This document shows positions 19,003 to 28,184 of a stretch of 64,000 bases of DNA, piece by piece. The stretch covers positions 1 to 64,000 of the IMG/VR virus record IMGVR_UViG_3300025687_000001; one strand, written 5' to 3'. This stretch comes from a virus. The position numbers and the translations under genes were made by a program. Every line of letters starts with the position of its first letter. Within the stretch, counting starts at the first letter, position 1. The notes under the pieces are model-generated. The model saw only the letters and a program-made list of their open reading frames with translations. It searched no databases and was not told the DNA's origin.

Positions 19003-19671
19003 TCAGAACCCTCCTACCGGGTTGAAGTAGTTTACCGGGCGACCGCCAAGCCCTAGGTGCTGGGCTCCGTACTCACCACCTGACTGACCAACCCCATAGA
19101 GCATCATAGAACCACCAAGACCGCCTGCGAGGCCCATGGCTTTGGGGGCGAGTCCGCCTACCATCTGGCCTATGCTCTTGTCGCTATTGGCAAAAGCGTT
19201 CGCCTTGCCCTTAAAGAAGCCGGAGGCGTCAGCCCCTGCGAAAGACTTGGCTTTGGCATTGAGGTAATCACGGAACTTGGAATCAGCGCCGCCTAGGTTA
19301 GCAAAAGCTGCCCCAGGCTTAGTTTTGCCGAGGCTACGGCCGATGCTATTACCCACCCCCTTGGCCACTCCTTTACCCGCGTGCCACCCCGCTGCGCCAG
19401 CTAAGCCTCCAGCAGCGCCACCAAGGAAGCCCTTCCAGCGCTCCCCTTCGTTAGCGGTAGCAGCGCCTAAAATCCCGGATCCAATGGGGGCCCCAATCCA
19501 CTCAGCCCCGGGGCCGCCCATACCCGCCCCCCACTTTAACGCTTTGAAGCCTGTGGACTTAGGGAAAGCTTTAGTGGCGTTCCACAAGCCTCTAACGGCG
19601 CCGAAGATAGCTTCCTTGGTGAAGTCCTCTTCGGCCTGCGCCGCCCCCAGCCTATAGGCCTGGCCTAGCAT
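19003..19671 (-). CDS. Gly-zipper protein with AYxxG leader
   Basis: MLGQAYRLGAAQAEEDFTKEA followed by a Gly/Ala/Lys-rich body. Confidence 0.65.
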   Translation of the reverse strand: MLGQAYRLGAAQAEEDFTKEAIFGAVRGLWNATKAFPKSTGFKALKWGAGMGGPGAEWIGAPIGSGILGAATANEGERWKGFLGGAAGGLAGAAGWHAGKGVAKGVGNSIGRSLGKTKPGAAFANLGGADSKFRDYLNAKAKSFAGADASGFFKGKANAFANSDKSIGQMVGGLAPKAMGLAGGLGGSMMLYGVGQSGGEYGAQHLGLGGRPVNYFNPVGGF

Positions 19672-19902
19672 TTAGTACTCAACCGGGGCAGAAAGGTCCA
19701 TCTTGGAACCCCACGTGACCTTGGTAGTTACGTCATCCGGAGACTGGTCCGCCAGGTCCACTGTAAGGTCGGCTTGCGCTTCGGGCTCTTTCATGCTCTT
19801 CACGCTGTCTGTGAAGGCTTGGATACCCTTACTGTTGGGAGGCGCCATCCCTACCTCGGCTAACGCAAGCTTGACCCCCAGTTGGTACGCAATCTTAAGC
19901 AT
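19672..19902 (-). CDS. Small protein with AYxxG leader
   Basis: MLKIAYQLGVKLALAE. Confidence 0.65.
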   Translation of the reverse strand: MLKIAYQLGVKLALAEVGMAPPNSKGIQAFTDSVKSMKEPEAQADLTVDLADQSPDDVTTKVTWGSKMDLSAPVEY

Positions 19903-20362
19903 CCGCCTTCTTCTTGATGACCCCGAAGCTCTTCAGGAGGTCGTAGACCACAGACGAGAGAGGGCCCGAGACAAAGACAAAGACAGCCTCCGCCCAAGTG
20001 AGTCCTCCCATGACTGCGCCCAGCATGGCCGCCACGCCTGCTACCAGGGCCACGACGGACGACCCCCACTTCTTCATGAACTCCTCCGGCAGCCATTTCT
20101 TCAGCCCAAAGACCAGAAGCTGCAGTAACACGATGACTACCGCCATCCACTGCCCGGCCTTGGCCAGGCTGACTACGGTAGCCAGGCTGTCAACAGCACC
20201 CCCCAGGTCTTCGGGGGCCTGAGGTAGCTCCACCTTGGCAACCGGCGCAGTGTGCCCAGCGTCAACAACGGCGGCGTCGCTGGCTACAGCAACGCCAGCG
20301 TCGCCCGCCAGGCTCAGCGCCGGGGCAAAAACCAGAGCTAAAGAAAAGACACAAGCACGCAT
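19895..20362 (-). CDS. Membrane protein with signal peptide (holin-like)
   Basis: GAGGAGG RBS, signal-like N-terminus, about 3 TM segments, basic C-terminus. Confidence 0.5.
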   Translation of the reverse strand: MRACVFSLALVFAPALSLAGDAGVAVASDAAVVDAGHTAPVAKVELPQAPEDLGGAVDSLATVVSLAKAGQWMAVVIVLLQLLVFGLKKWLPEEFMKKWGSSVVALVAGVAAMLGAVMGGLTWAEAVFVFVSGPLSSVVYDLLKSFGVIKKKADA

Positions 20363-20388
20363 GGAGACCTCCTCAAGAGAATAATAAC

Positions 20389-23300
20389 TTAGGGCTTCAG
20401 GATCTCAACGGGGTCATTCACCCCAACTTCGCCACGGTGGTAAGCTGCCATAGCTTCTGCGCTAGTAGCAAACGTTCGCTTGGGCTTGTTAGTCGCCTTA
20501 CCTTCCGTGGCCTTGTACAGCCCAATAATAGCCTCGTGAGCAGGGAAGACATTGATCTCGTTGCGATTCTTGTCTGCGATCACGTTGTTACTCACCAGCA
20601 TGTTCTGAGCGTCGCGCACTGCTCCTGCTCCGGCAGGGACGTGTACCTGGAGCGCGTCTCCATCGTAGTCCAGGTTCATCCCGTGCTCAATGAACGGGTT
20701 GACCTTGATGGTCTTGCCGGGAATAGGCTTAGCGTAGCTAGCTACAATGCCATGCTTGTGAAGCGTCGGCGCACGGTTGAGCAGCAGCGGCCTGGACTTC
20801 AGTTCGGCCAGCATAGCTTCGCGTGCCTTGGAGCCTCGCTCTTCCACCATCTGCTTCGCGCGCAGAGCGGGCTGCCCCGACTTCACCAAACGCCCCATGA
20901 TGAAGGGGTTGTACATCTCCCAAGCCATATCTTCCGGGATCCCTACTTCGTCCATGCCTAGGGAAGGATCGGGGGCAGCCGTGCCGCGCCCGCTGGTGTC
21001 CAGTCGGTTAGCGATGAGCTTGGCGTTATAGAAGCCCGTCTTGGTCCCGACGATAGTCTTGAGGAGCCCCTTCTTAGCACCCTTGGCTAGCTTCGTGGAC
21101 ACGGGGTCATTAGTGCCTACCACTGCGCCCACGGCGTCGTGTAGGTGCTTGCGCAGCTCTCCCACATCTTCGTCAGGGAGCCCCGCGTCTTTGGCCTGCT
21201 TGAGCTTATCGGTAGCGATGAGCGCGTCTTTGTACATGTGGTTGACGTCTGCTACGAGGATGTCACCCCGAGGGCCCGGCACAATGGGCCGGAACATCGG
21301 AGGTAGTACCGGCACTTTCTTCATGGTCCAGGCGTCGCCCGGCTTCAGGCCTTGAGCGTCAACGGCCTCGAGGGCCTTGATTTGCTTGATGACGTTGTCT
21401 TGGCTAGAACCCGGAGTCATTTTCCAGACGTCTTTGCGCAGCTCCGCCGCTTTGTCTTTAGCGTTGATAGCGTTGAGCTCGCGCTTAATAGCAGCCCCGC
21501 CGTCGGTCTTGATTTTGTTAGTGAACTCGTTGTTGGTCATCCCAAGGACACGTCGAGCAGAGTCCTGGAAAACAGGGCTCACCACCGGCTCATCGAGTTC
21601 GATGTGAGACCACTTTTGGCCAGTTAGGCCGCCGGTAACAGCTTCGTCGAAGAGCCCGCCCTTCTCCGAGCGCAGGTCCTTAGCACGAACCATTTTGGCA
21701 TTGTCAATCTTGCCTGCGGAGAACTTCTCTACGTCCTTGTCCGTCAGCGGCGCGAGGGACATCTGGTTGTCCTCGCGCTGCATGTTTACACCCATGCCCT
21801 GCAGCATGGCAGTGAACTTATCGTAGGCGAAGCTGGTCTTGGGCGGGGGGAGAGGCCGTCCCAGCTGTACAGCGCGCCAGTACTCTGTGTTGCGCGTACC
21901 ACGGACAGTAGCGTTCTCCTTGAGAGTGTCTCTGGCGTCGTGGGCCAGGAGGGCGTTGATCTCCATGCGCCCGGTGCCCTTGGCTCCGTGGATACCCCCC
22001 TTACCCGGCTGCTGGTTGATGTCGTAGGAGTTGTTTACACCTCGGGCCGAGAAGTTGGTGTCTGTGCTTTTGAACATCTTGTAGGTGTACTGCGGGCCGA
22101 CAAAGATGTTGGGGATCTTCTTACCTGTCACCGGGTCAAGGAGAGTCTCCTTGTCCTTAACGTCATTGTCTTTCAGCAGCTGCTTCGCCCACTGGACGTT
22201 GTCCCTTTTAGCGAAGTTGTCCACGACAATGGGCTTGCCCTGCTTCTCTGCTACCTTTGCCACCGCTGTTTCCAGGATTTGCCCCGGGTTAATGCGGCTA
22301 ATGACGCCAGCTGAGGTCCACAGGAGGTCCAGCGGCTTGCCCCCCTCGTCTTGGAGCATTTCGTCATCCTTGACGATCTTCGCCACTACGCCCTTCCCGC
22401 CATATCTGTTGGACAACTTGTCGCCTACCTTCATAGGCTCAACAGACTTAACAGTTACCGCGATACGGTTCCCCTTCCGGACAACGTCAACAACTTCTCC
22501 GGGGGTGTCTTTGTCCCAGGTGAGAGACTGATCTCGGAAGTTCCGGCGCAACGACTTGTGAATGCGTCCGAACATCTGGCTCTCGACCGACGGAGGGGCC
22601 TTGCGGACTACTGCTGCGATGGGGTCTCCAGGCTGCAGGATCGTCCCAGGCTTGACTAGCCCTTCCTCGAGATTTGCGTACTGAGCGTCTGTGAACGTAC
22701 GCGGGAACTGCGCGGAGTGCTTCTTGTGGTCAACAAAGGTGTCCGGGTCAGCCTGGATGGTCTTCTTGACCATGTGCTTGCTGGACATCCTGTTAGCCGC
22801 GGACTCGGACAGCACCACAGCGTCGTTAGAGTTGAGACCGTGGTACGCGACGTAGCCGACCTTGAGGTTCTTGCCCAGGGCCAGCGTGCCATCGCGAGTG
22901 AAGTTAGAATCAGCTAGGACCTGGCCCTCATCGACCTCGTCGCCCGGCTTCACCTTCAGGTAGTGGGACAAGTACGTCTTCGACGCCAGCGGGTGCCGCT
23001 TGCTAAAGGGAGTCTTGTGAAGCTCGCCCTGTTCGTCGCGGATGTTGATAAACCCGTCCCGGATAGAGGACACAGTGCCTTTGACCGCAGACCGAGGCAG
23101 AACCTGGTTTCCGACCTCTTCCTCCCAAGACTTGAACTTAGAAGAGTGGGCGTTGACCTGCACAAGCGGCGCCTCAGAGTCCTTGAGGGGCACGGCCTGC
23201 TGCGCAAACTTGGAAGCCATGATTAGGCGGTTACCCTGAGCACTGTCCATGAAAGGGATGAGGTTGGTGCTCACCCCGTACATGGCCATCGGCCGAGTAA

Positions 23301-24735
23301 CCTGGTAATCAACGTCCCCAGGGCGAACCTTTTTAACCTCGCCCCCTGCTAGAGCGTCTACTCGGCCTTTAGTGATGTCCTGGTTGGGGAAAGCAATGGT
23401 GGCCTTGTCTAACTCGGCAGCCGAGACGGACTCTACCTTCCCTGTTTTGGCGTTTTTGAGGACGGTGTAGATGTTCCCGTCTTTATCTTTACGCGCAAAG
23501 AGCGCAGCGCCAACATCAACGCCAGCAGCGCCAGACTCAGGAGTCCTAAAGGGATCCAGAATCCCGAGATGAGAAGGGTGTAGAGTTCTGACATCTCCCG
23601 GGATAGCTCTGTCACTCTGGATACCCCCCTCCCCGAAGCGCGTTACGTTCGTCGCAGCGTTCAGAATCTCCACCGGGTTGATCTGCGTGGGGGACACAGA
23701 GATCTGCGAAGTCGTCAGAAAGTTGCGCAGGGACGGAGTCAGCGCCGAAGTGGGCAGCACCTTCCGCACTTCGGGCTTACCTGTCAGGTCCAGCTTGGAC
23801 TTGGTCTTCCACCCAAACTCGCGCTTTGTCAGGTCAAGCCGCTCCTTAACGAAGTCCTCGACGGTGTGTAGAGTCTGAAACTCCAGGCTGTCTCGGTTGT
23901 CCTGCTTCTCCTCGCCCTTGTGGACCTTGAGGAGCTTGCCACTAGCAGCGAGCAGCGCCTGCGGAGTAACCTGGCTAAAGCCCCGCCCCAGGGTCTTAGC
24001 CGTAGTAGCTTCGTCTAGCTCGGTAGCTCCGAACTCCTGGTGTAGTGCATCTCTAACCTGGTCTCGGCCCTCAGCCGATCGGCGCTTGGAGGGTACGAGC
24101 TTCTCGTAGAGCTTCTTGGCGTGAGCAGCGCGGTTGCTGTCAAACGCTGCTTTGTTATCAGCAGCGAGAGCCTCGCCCCACTGACCTGCAATGTCCTGGT
24201 GCGGGACGCCCATCTCCCGCAATACGGAGTACAGAGGGATCTTACTGGTCCCGTACTCCATGTTCAGATGCCCCTCTTCGGGGTTCATACTCAACCGGAA
24301 GTTAGCGCCCTTCTTGAGGTTGAAGGATGTCTCCAGATCACCGTTGCCTCGTACGCGCGTATAAACTCCCGGCTTAGTTCGGAGCTGGTTACGCACCGAG
24401 TACTCATTACCCCGCACTACAAAGGTGTTCAGCGGAGTGAAGTACGGCACCTGAAGCAGCGTATGCCCCTCCTGCTTGTCCAGGACGTTGCCTTCTTTGT
24501 CCTTGATGACCACGTCTGCCTTGATGGGCTCTGTCAGAGAGCGGCCCTCGAGGATGGCGTTCTTGTGGTCTTCTCCGGAGAAGGTCTTGGGCTTCAGCTG
24601 TACGTTGCTTACCTCGATAGTTCGGTGGTCACCGATGATCGGGAAGATGTTCTTGACACCTTCTAGAGCCGATTCACGGATGCGCTCCCGGCGCTTTTCC
24701 GAGTAATCGAGGACTGGGATGAGCTTATCAGTCAT
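20389..24735 (-). CDS. Phage multisubunit RNA polymerase, fused beta + beta' N-terminal subunit
   Basis: Beta motifs TPESG, NRLIMASKFAQQAVPL, GDKLSNRYGGKGVV, SRINPGQILE, QQPGKG...GRMEINAL; then beta' motifs GGLFD, VLPPMFRP, NRLDTSGR, NRAPTLH and catalytic NLDYDGD. Confidence 0.95.
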   Translation of the reverse strand: MTDKLIPVLDYSEKRRERIRESALEGVKNIFPIIGDHRTIEVSNVQLKPKTFSGEDHKNAILEGRSLTEPIKADVVIKDKEGNVLDKQEGHTLLQVPYFTPLNTFVVRGNEYSVRNQLRTKPGVYTRVRGNGDLETSFNLKKGANFRLSMNPEEGHLNMEYGTSKIPLYSVLREMGVPHQDIAGQWGEALAADNKAAFDSNRAAHAKKLYEKLVPSKRRSAEGRDQVRDALHQEFGATELDEATTAKTLGRGFSQVTPQALLAASGKLLKVHKGEEKQDNRDSLEFQTLHTVEDFVKERLDLTKREFGWKTKSKLDLTGKPEVRKVLPTSALTPSLRNFLTTSQISVSPTQINPVEILNAATNVTRFGEGGIQSDRAIPGDVRTLHPSHLGILDPFRTPESGAAGVDVGAALFARKDKDGNIYTVLKNAKTGKVESVSAAELDKATIAFPNQDITKGRVDALAGGEVKKVRPGDVDYQVTRPMAMYGVSTNLIPFMDSAQGNRLIMASKFAQQAVPLKDSEAPLVQVNAHSSKFKSWEEEVGNQVLPRSAVKGTVSSIRDGFINIRDEQGELHKTPFSKRHPLASKTYLSHYLKVKPGDEVDEGQVLADSNFTRDGTLALGKNLKVGYVAYHGLNSNDAVVLSESAANRMSSKHMVKKTIQADPDTFVDHKKHSAQFPRTFTDAQYANLEEGLVKPGTILQPGDPIAAVVRKAPPSVESQMFGRIHKSLRRNFRDQSLTWDKDTPGEVVDVVRKGNRIAVTVKSVEPMKVGDKLSNRYGGKGVVAKIVKDDEMLQDEGGKPLDLLWTSAGVISRINPGQILETAVAKVAEKQGKPIVVDNFAKRDNVQWAKQLLKDNDVKDKETLLDPVTGKKIPNIFVGPQYTYKMFKSTDTNFSARGVNNSYDINQQPGKGGIHGAKGTGRMEINALLAHDARDTLKENATVRGTRNTEYWRAVQLGRPLPPPKTSFAYDKFTAMLQGMGVNMQREDNQMSLAPLTDKDVEKFSAGKIDNAKMVRAKDLRSEKGGLFDEAVTGGLTGQKWSHIELDEPVVSPVFQDSARRVLGMTNNEFTNKIKTDGGAAIKRELNAINAKDKAAELRKDVWKMTPGSSQDNVIKQIKALEAVDAQGLKPGDAWTMKKVPVLPPMFRPIVPGPRGDILVADVNHMYKDALIATDKLKQAKDAGLPDEDVGELRKHLHDAVGAVVGTNDPVSTKLAKGAKKGLLKTIVGTKTGFYNAKLIANRLDTSGRGTAAPDPSLGMDEVGIPEDMAWEMYNPFIMGRLVKSGQPALRAKQMVEERGSKAREAMLAELKSRPLLLNRAPTLHKHGIVASYAKPIPGKTIKVNPFIEHGMNLDYDGDALQVHVPAGAGAVRDAQNMLVSNNVIADKNRNEINVFPAHEAIIGLYKATEGKATNKPKRTFATSAEAMAAYHRGEVGVNDPVEILKP

Positions 24736-24770
24736 GGTCTAAATCTAGCCCAAAACACGCAAATCAGACA

Positions 24771-24787
24771 TCGGAATTTGGCATAAG
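24771..24787 (+). promoter_or_regulatory. Candidate promoter motif, copy 1 (tcggaatttggcataag)
   Basis: 15/17 identical to 29921-29937; both copies head plus-strand gene blocks. Confidence 0.5.
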
Positions 24788-24846
24788 TAATTGACGCGCA
24801 CCCGGTAACATTCCGTTATCGGGGCGCGTCCCTGCAGGAGGGATCG

Positions 24847-25845
24847 ATGGCGAGAGCCAACGACCGCCGGCAGGGCAAGGGCAAGCAGGACAACCAGAAG
24901 AAGGCGCCGCCTCCACCGCGGCACCCTCGAAAGAAGTCCGCCTCGTGTCGCCGTGACAACGGCAAGACGAGGCGCCAGGCGGGTCCCTTTGGGGACGCCG
25001 CCCGGCTGCTGATCCAGGGGTGGCAACGAAGGGAGACCTTCATCAAGACGGGGGAGGCACCCCCCGTCTCCGGGCCACCCGCCCGGACGCCCGATCTGCC
25101 GGCCCTCCGTGATCGCCCCGAGGTCACGGAGGCCTACATCGGCCACACCTTGAGAGAGTTGTGGCGGTTGGACGGGGAGAGGTGGGGGGCCCGGCGCGCA
25201 CGACAGTTGCGCCGTGTCCTCCTGGGTTTCGGGGTCCCCACCAAGGCGAGCAAAGCCGCTCGCCGAAAGTGGGGAAAAACGGAGGCGCCGCCGAGCACGG
25301 GAGGCAGCGCTTCGACCCTTCAAGAGCAGCTGGTGCGGCTGCTCTTCGAGGGGAAGCTGGATGGGCTGGTGCCACAGCCCAAACAGTTCGTGCGAGTCGG
25401 GATCGCGTCGGAGGTGGAGGCCGTCCGATCCTGGAAGTATGACTCGCAGAGCGCGGACTACAACGAGCGCGCGTTGTGGTCAGCGGAGGAGTTCACCTAC
25501 TTCGAGAACATCATGCAGCTCGAGGGAGCGCCTACCCTCGAGCTTCGCGCTGGTGAGACGGAGGACCTGTATCTCCTACAGGGCCTCCCCTCACTGTCGT
25601 GGCTCTCCGCCCGTGCAGCGGAGAGCGACGACCTCTTGGTGGGAGCCGGTGTTGACAGTCACCGACTCTTCATCGGACATCTCGAGTGCACCGGTCCAGG
25701 GAGGACCGGTAGTTGCACCCACTACCGAGATGTCACGCTGGGGGACCTCTTCTACTGGGGACGCAAGTCCTCGGGTAGGTTGAGGGTCCCCCCGCACAAG
25801 TGTCAATTCTGTCGCAACTTGGTGGACTGGGCCTACAAGGCGTAA
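24847..25845 (+). CDS. Hypothetical protein (basic N-terminus, C-terminal Cys motif)
   Basis: GGAGGG RBS; 332 aa; C...C...CQFC. Confidence 0.65.
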   Translation: MARANDRRQGKGKQDNQKKAPPPPRHPRKKSASCRRDNGKTRRQAGPFGDAARLLIQGWQRRETFIKTGEAPPVSGPPARTPDLPALRDRPEVTEAYIGHTLRELWRLDGERWGARRARQLRRVLLGFGVPTKASKAARRKWGKTEAPPSTGGSASTLQEQLVRLLFEGKLDGLVPQPKQFVRVGIASEVEAVRSWKYDSQSADYNERALWSAEEFTYFENIMQLEGAPTLELRAGETEDLYLLQGLPSLSWLSARAAESDDLLVGAGVDSHRLFIGHLECTGPGRTGSCTHYRDVTLGDLFYWGRKSSGRLRVPPHKCQFCRNLVDWAYKA

Positions 25846-25867
25846 GGGTCCAGTCACCGAGAGTCGT

Positions 25868-25915
25868 CCACCCCCACTCAAGGAGAAACTGAGTGAGAGG
25901 GGGTGGGCGCGTTTT
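25868..25915 (+). terminator. Hairpin, possible terminator or processing site
   Basis: ccacccccactca/tgagt-gggggtgg stem followed by tttt. Confidence 0.45.
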
Positions 25916-25942
25916 CCACCACAACACAAGAAAGGGGATACC

Positions 25943-27235
25943 GTGCAGTACTCGCGCGAGTCCCTGAAGCGGTTCGCGGGGGCCTTCTCGGCCACCGCGA
26001 ACCGGGAGCCCCGCGTGTTGACGCACGCGGACAACAACAACAACAACAACAGCTCGCTGCCGACCAACAACCTGTTCGGCTTCTCCCCGGGGCGGTCGCG
26101 GCTCATGCACGACCTGGTGGGGAAGAAGGTCATCGCCCTGGGCTGGCCCGAGGCGAGCCCCTGGTTCTCGAGCAACACCGGGGACCCCGTGCTGTTCGAG
26201 GGGACCCTGAAGGAGGTCACCTCGAACTGGATCGGGTTCGAACCCCGATTGACCTTCGAGGGGCAGGAGCGGGCGTGCTACCTCGAGCACGCCGTCGCCG
26301 TCGGGTGCCCGGATGCGGCGGTCGTGCACGTCTGGGACAGCGAGATCGCCGGGGCGCTCATGCCGCTCCTCCAGACGGTCGTCAACGGCGGGGAGAGCCC
26401 CGCCGAGCGCAAGGCGGATGCGGTCGAGCGCAAGCTCGAGCGCATCCTGGCACTGATCACGGCCGCGGGGGTCGACCTCAGCGCGCTCAACCTCGACGAC
26501 GACGACGACGCCCCCGCCGCCAAGCCCGCCCGCAAGGGCAAGAGCAAGGGCCGCAACATGGCCCCCACCCACGGCGACCGCCCCACGGTCGTCTCCCGCC
26601 CGGCCCCGGGCGAGACGCTGAGCCCCGCCGTCCAGGCCGGGGCGAAGCGCGCCCAGCGGAAGGCCACCGAGGCCGACAAGCGGCGGGCGGAGCAGAAGGA
26701 GGCCCACCGGGCGCAGGCCCAGCGGCGCAACGCCGCTCAGGCGGCGATCCTCAACGACCTCGAGCGGGTCGTCGAGGCGGTGGCCAAGCTCCCGTCCGTC
26801 CCGAAGGGGACCGGGCGGGAGGTCAAGCAGAAGGCGGCGGCCCTGGCCAACGCCAACGCGTCGTACCACGAGGCGGTCGCCGGCATCCGGGACCTCGACA
26901 AGGAGGACCCGGAGCACGAGGTGGCCCTGCAGACGCTCAACACCGCCAAGGCCAACCGGAACAAGGCCGGCAGCGAGCTCATGGAGCTGGCCGAGACCTG
27001 CCTCGCGGAGGGCACCACCGACAGCTTCGCCGGGGCGCTCGAGGTCCTCATCGCGGCCGAGGAGGCGAGGACCGCGTGGTTCGACGCGAAGGCCCGCGGT
27101 GACCGCGCCCGCATGGACGCGATCGTCGCGGAGATCGAGGCCGCGTCCAAGGAGGAGGCCGAGGAGGCCGAGGAGGCCGAGGAGGCCGAGGAGGCCCCCG
27201 AGGCCCCCGAGGCCCACGCCGCGGGAAACGGCTGA
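25943..27235 (+). CDS. Hypothetical protein with coiled-coil, acidic C-terminus
   Basis: GAAAGGGG RBS, very high GC3, poly-Asn run, EAE repeats. Confidence 0.75.
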   Translation: MQYSRESLKRFAGAFSATANREPRVLTHADNNNNNNSSLPTNNLFGFSPGRSRLMHDLVGKKVIALGWPEASPWFSSNTGDPVLFEGTLKEVTSNWIGFEPRLTFEGQERACYLEHAVAVGCPDAAVVHVWDSEIAGALMPLLQTVVNGGESPAERKADAVERKLERILALITAAGVDLSALNLDDDDDAPAAKPARKGKSKGRNMAPTHGDRPTVVSRPAPGETLSPAVQAGAKRAQRKATEADKRRAEQKEAHRAQAQRRNAAQAAILNDLERVVEAVAKLPSVPKGTGREVKQKAAALANANASYHEAVAGIRDLDKEDPEHEVALQTLNTAKANRNKAGSELMELAETCLAEGTTDSFAGALEVLIAAEEARTAWFDAKARGDRARMDAIVAEIEAASKEEAEEAEEAEEAEEAPEAPEAHAAGNG

Positions 27236-27241
27236 ACCCGA

Positions 27242-27545
27242 GGAGCCTCTCCTGCCACGAGCGGGAGAGGCTCCGCCGAGCCCGGCTAGCCGACGAGGCA
27301 AGCCGGGTACTCATAGGGGAGGTCAGGGTGGTCCGCGGGCCCCGAAAGGGGTTCAAGGGCCGCCTAGGCCGTCCGGGACCTCGCGTACACATCGAGGCCC
27401 CGGAGGACGCGCTCTCTTCGGGGCGCGTCACTCAGCCGTGAGCGTGGCCCCTACCCACCGCCTGCCGGGGTAGGGGCCTAGTAAGGCAGGCAGACCACTC
27501 AGCCAGGGGTGCACCCGTACAAGGGAGCGGTACCCTGGCTGAGTT
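27242..27545 (+). ncRNA. Candidate structured RNA or long 3' UTR (chain of GC-rich hairpins)
   Basis: About 9 consecutive stems, e.g. ggagcctctcc/ggagaggctcc, ggcccctaccc/gggtaggggcc, actcagccaggg/ccctggctgagt. Confidence 0.45.
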
Positions 27546-27557
27546 CGGCGTTCCTGG

Positions 27558-27589
27558 CTCCCCCGCTTCGGCGGGGGAGTCTTTCTTTT
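27558..27589 (+). terminator. Intrinsic terminator
   Basis: ctcccccgc-ttcg-gcgggggag followed by tctttctttt. Confidence 0.9.
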
Positions 27590-27794
27590 CCTTCGGGGCC
27601 GGGACAATACCGGCCAACCCTGCGGCGCCACACCTGCGCTGCGTTGTTCAACAATTGGAGACAGCATGGACCCGACGATGGATCCCGAGCCCTGGCCGAT
27701 CGACCGCGACTAGTCTAGGCTAGCCGCGAAGCCACTCGGGAAAAACTCGTCACTAGCAAGAGGTAGCTGGGGCCAGCCCCAACAGCTGCAAGCT

Positions 27795-28184
27795 TCAGCG
27801 CCTCTTTTTAGGTTGCTCGACGCGCTCCATCCACTCCAGGTACACCTTGTAAGACTGGGTACCGATGATGTCGTGGATCTCTCTGCGAGCTAAAATGACG
27901 TGCCCGTTAGCGCCTTTGTTAAGGAGCTCTTCGTACTCAGCGTGCCCCTCAGCGCCCACGATGAATACACGCGCGTACGCCTTGTAGTTGTCCTTCTTTT
28001 CTTTAGCTCCGGGAGGCGTAATGGTCCCGGCAGGCTTAGAGCTTAACAGCTCCTCCAGGCCGTAGATTTCCCCAACAGGGCCTTCGCGGATGATCTCCTG
28101 CTCCATGGGAGGACGCGGTGCGTCGAGGCCCCGTTGGTCTCCCGCTAGCTGCGAGTAGTCAACAATGGTATCCGAGCCCGCCAT
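27795..28184 (-). CDS. Hypothetical protein downstream of portal
   Basis: 129-aa ORF coupled to the portal stop. Confidence 0.7.
   Translation of the reverse strand: MAGSDTIVDYSQLAGDQRGLDAPRPPMEQEIIREGPVGEIYGLEELLSSKPAGTITPPGAKEKKDNYKAYARVFIVGAEGHAEYEELLNKGANGHVILARREIHDIIGTQSYKVYLEWMERVEQPKKRR

Noticed and set aside
3700-20390. TATACT/TATTCT-like words upstream of some minus-strand genes (near 3705, 7190, 20380) as a late promoter
   Set aside because: Too short and too few to distinguish from chance by eye
25733-27301. Long alternative ORFs (522 aa minus, 399 aa plus) over 25943-27235
   Set aside because: Arg/Gly/Pro-rich off-frame products of very high GC3; the 430-aa frame has the RBS and normal composition
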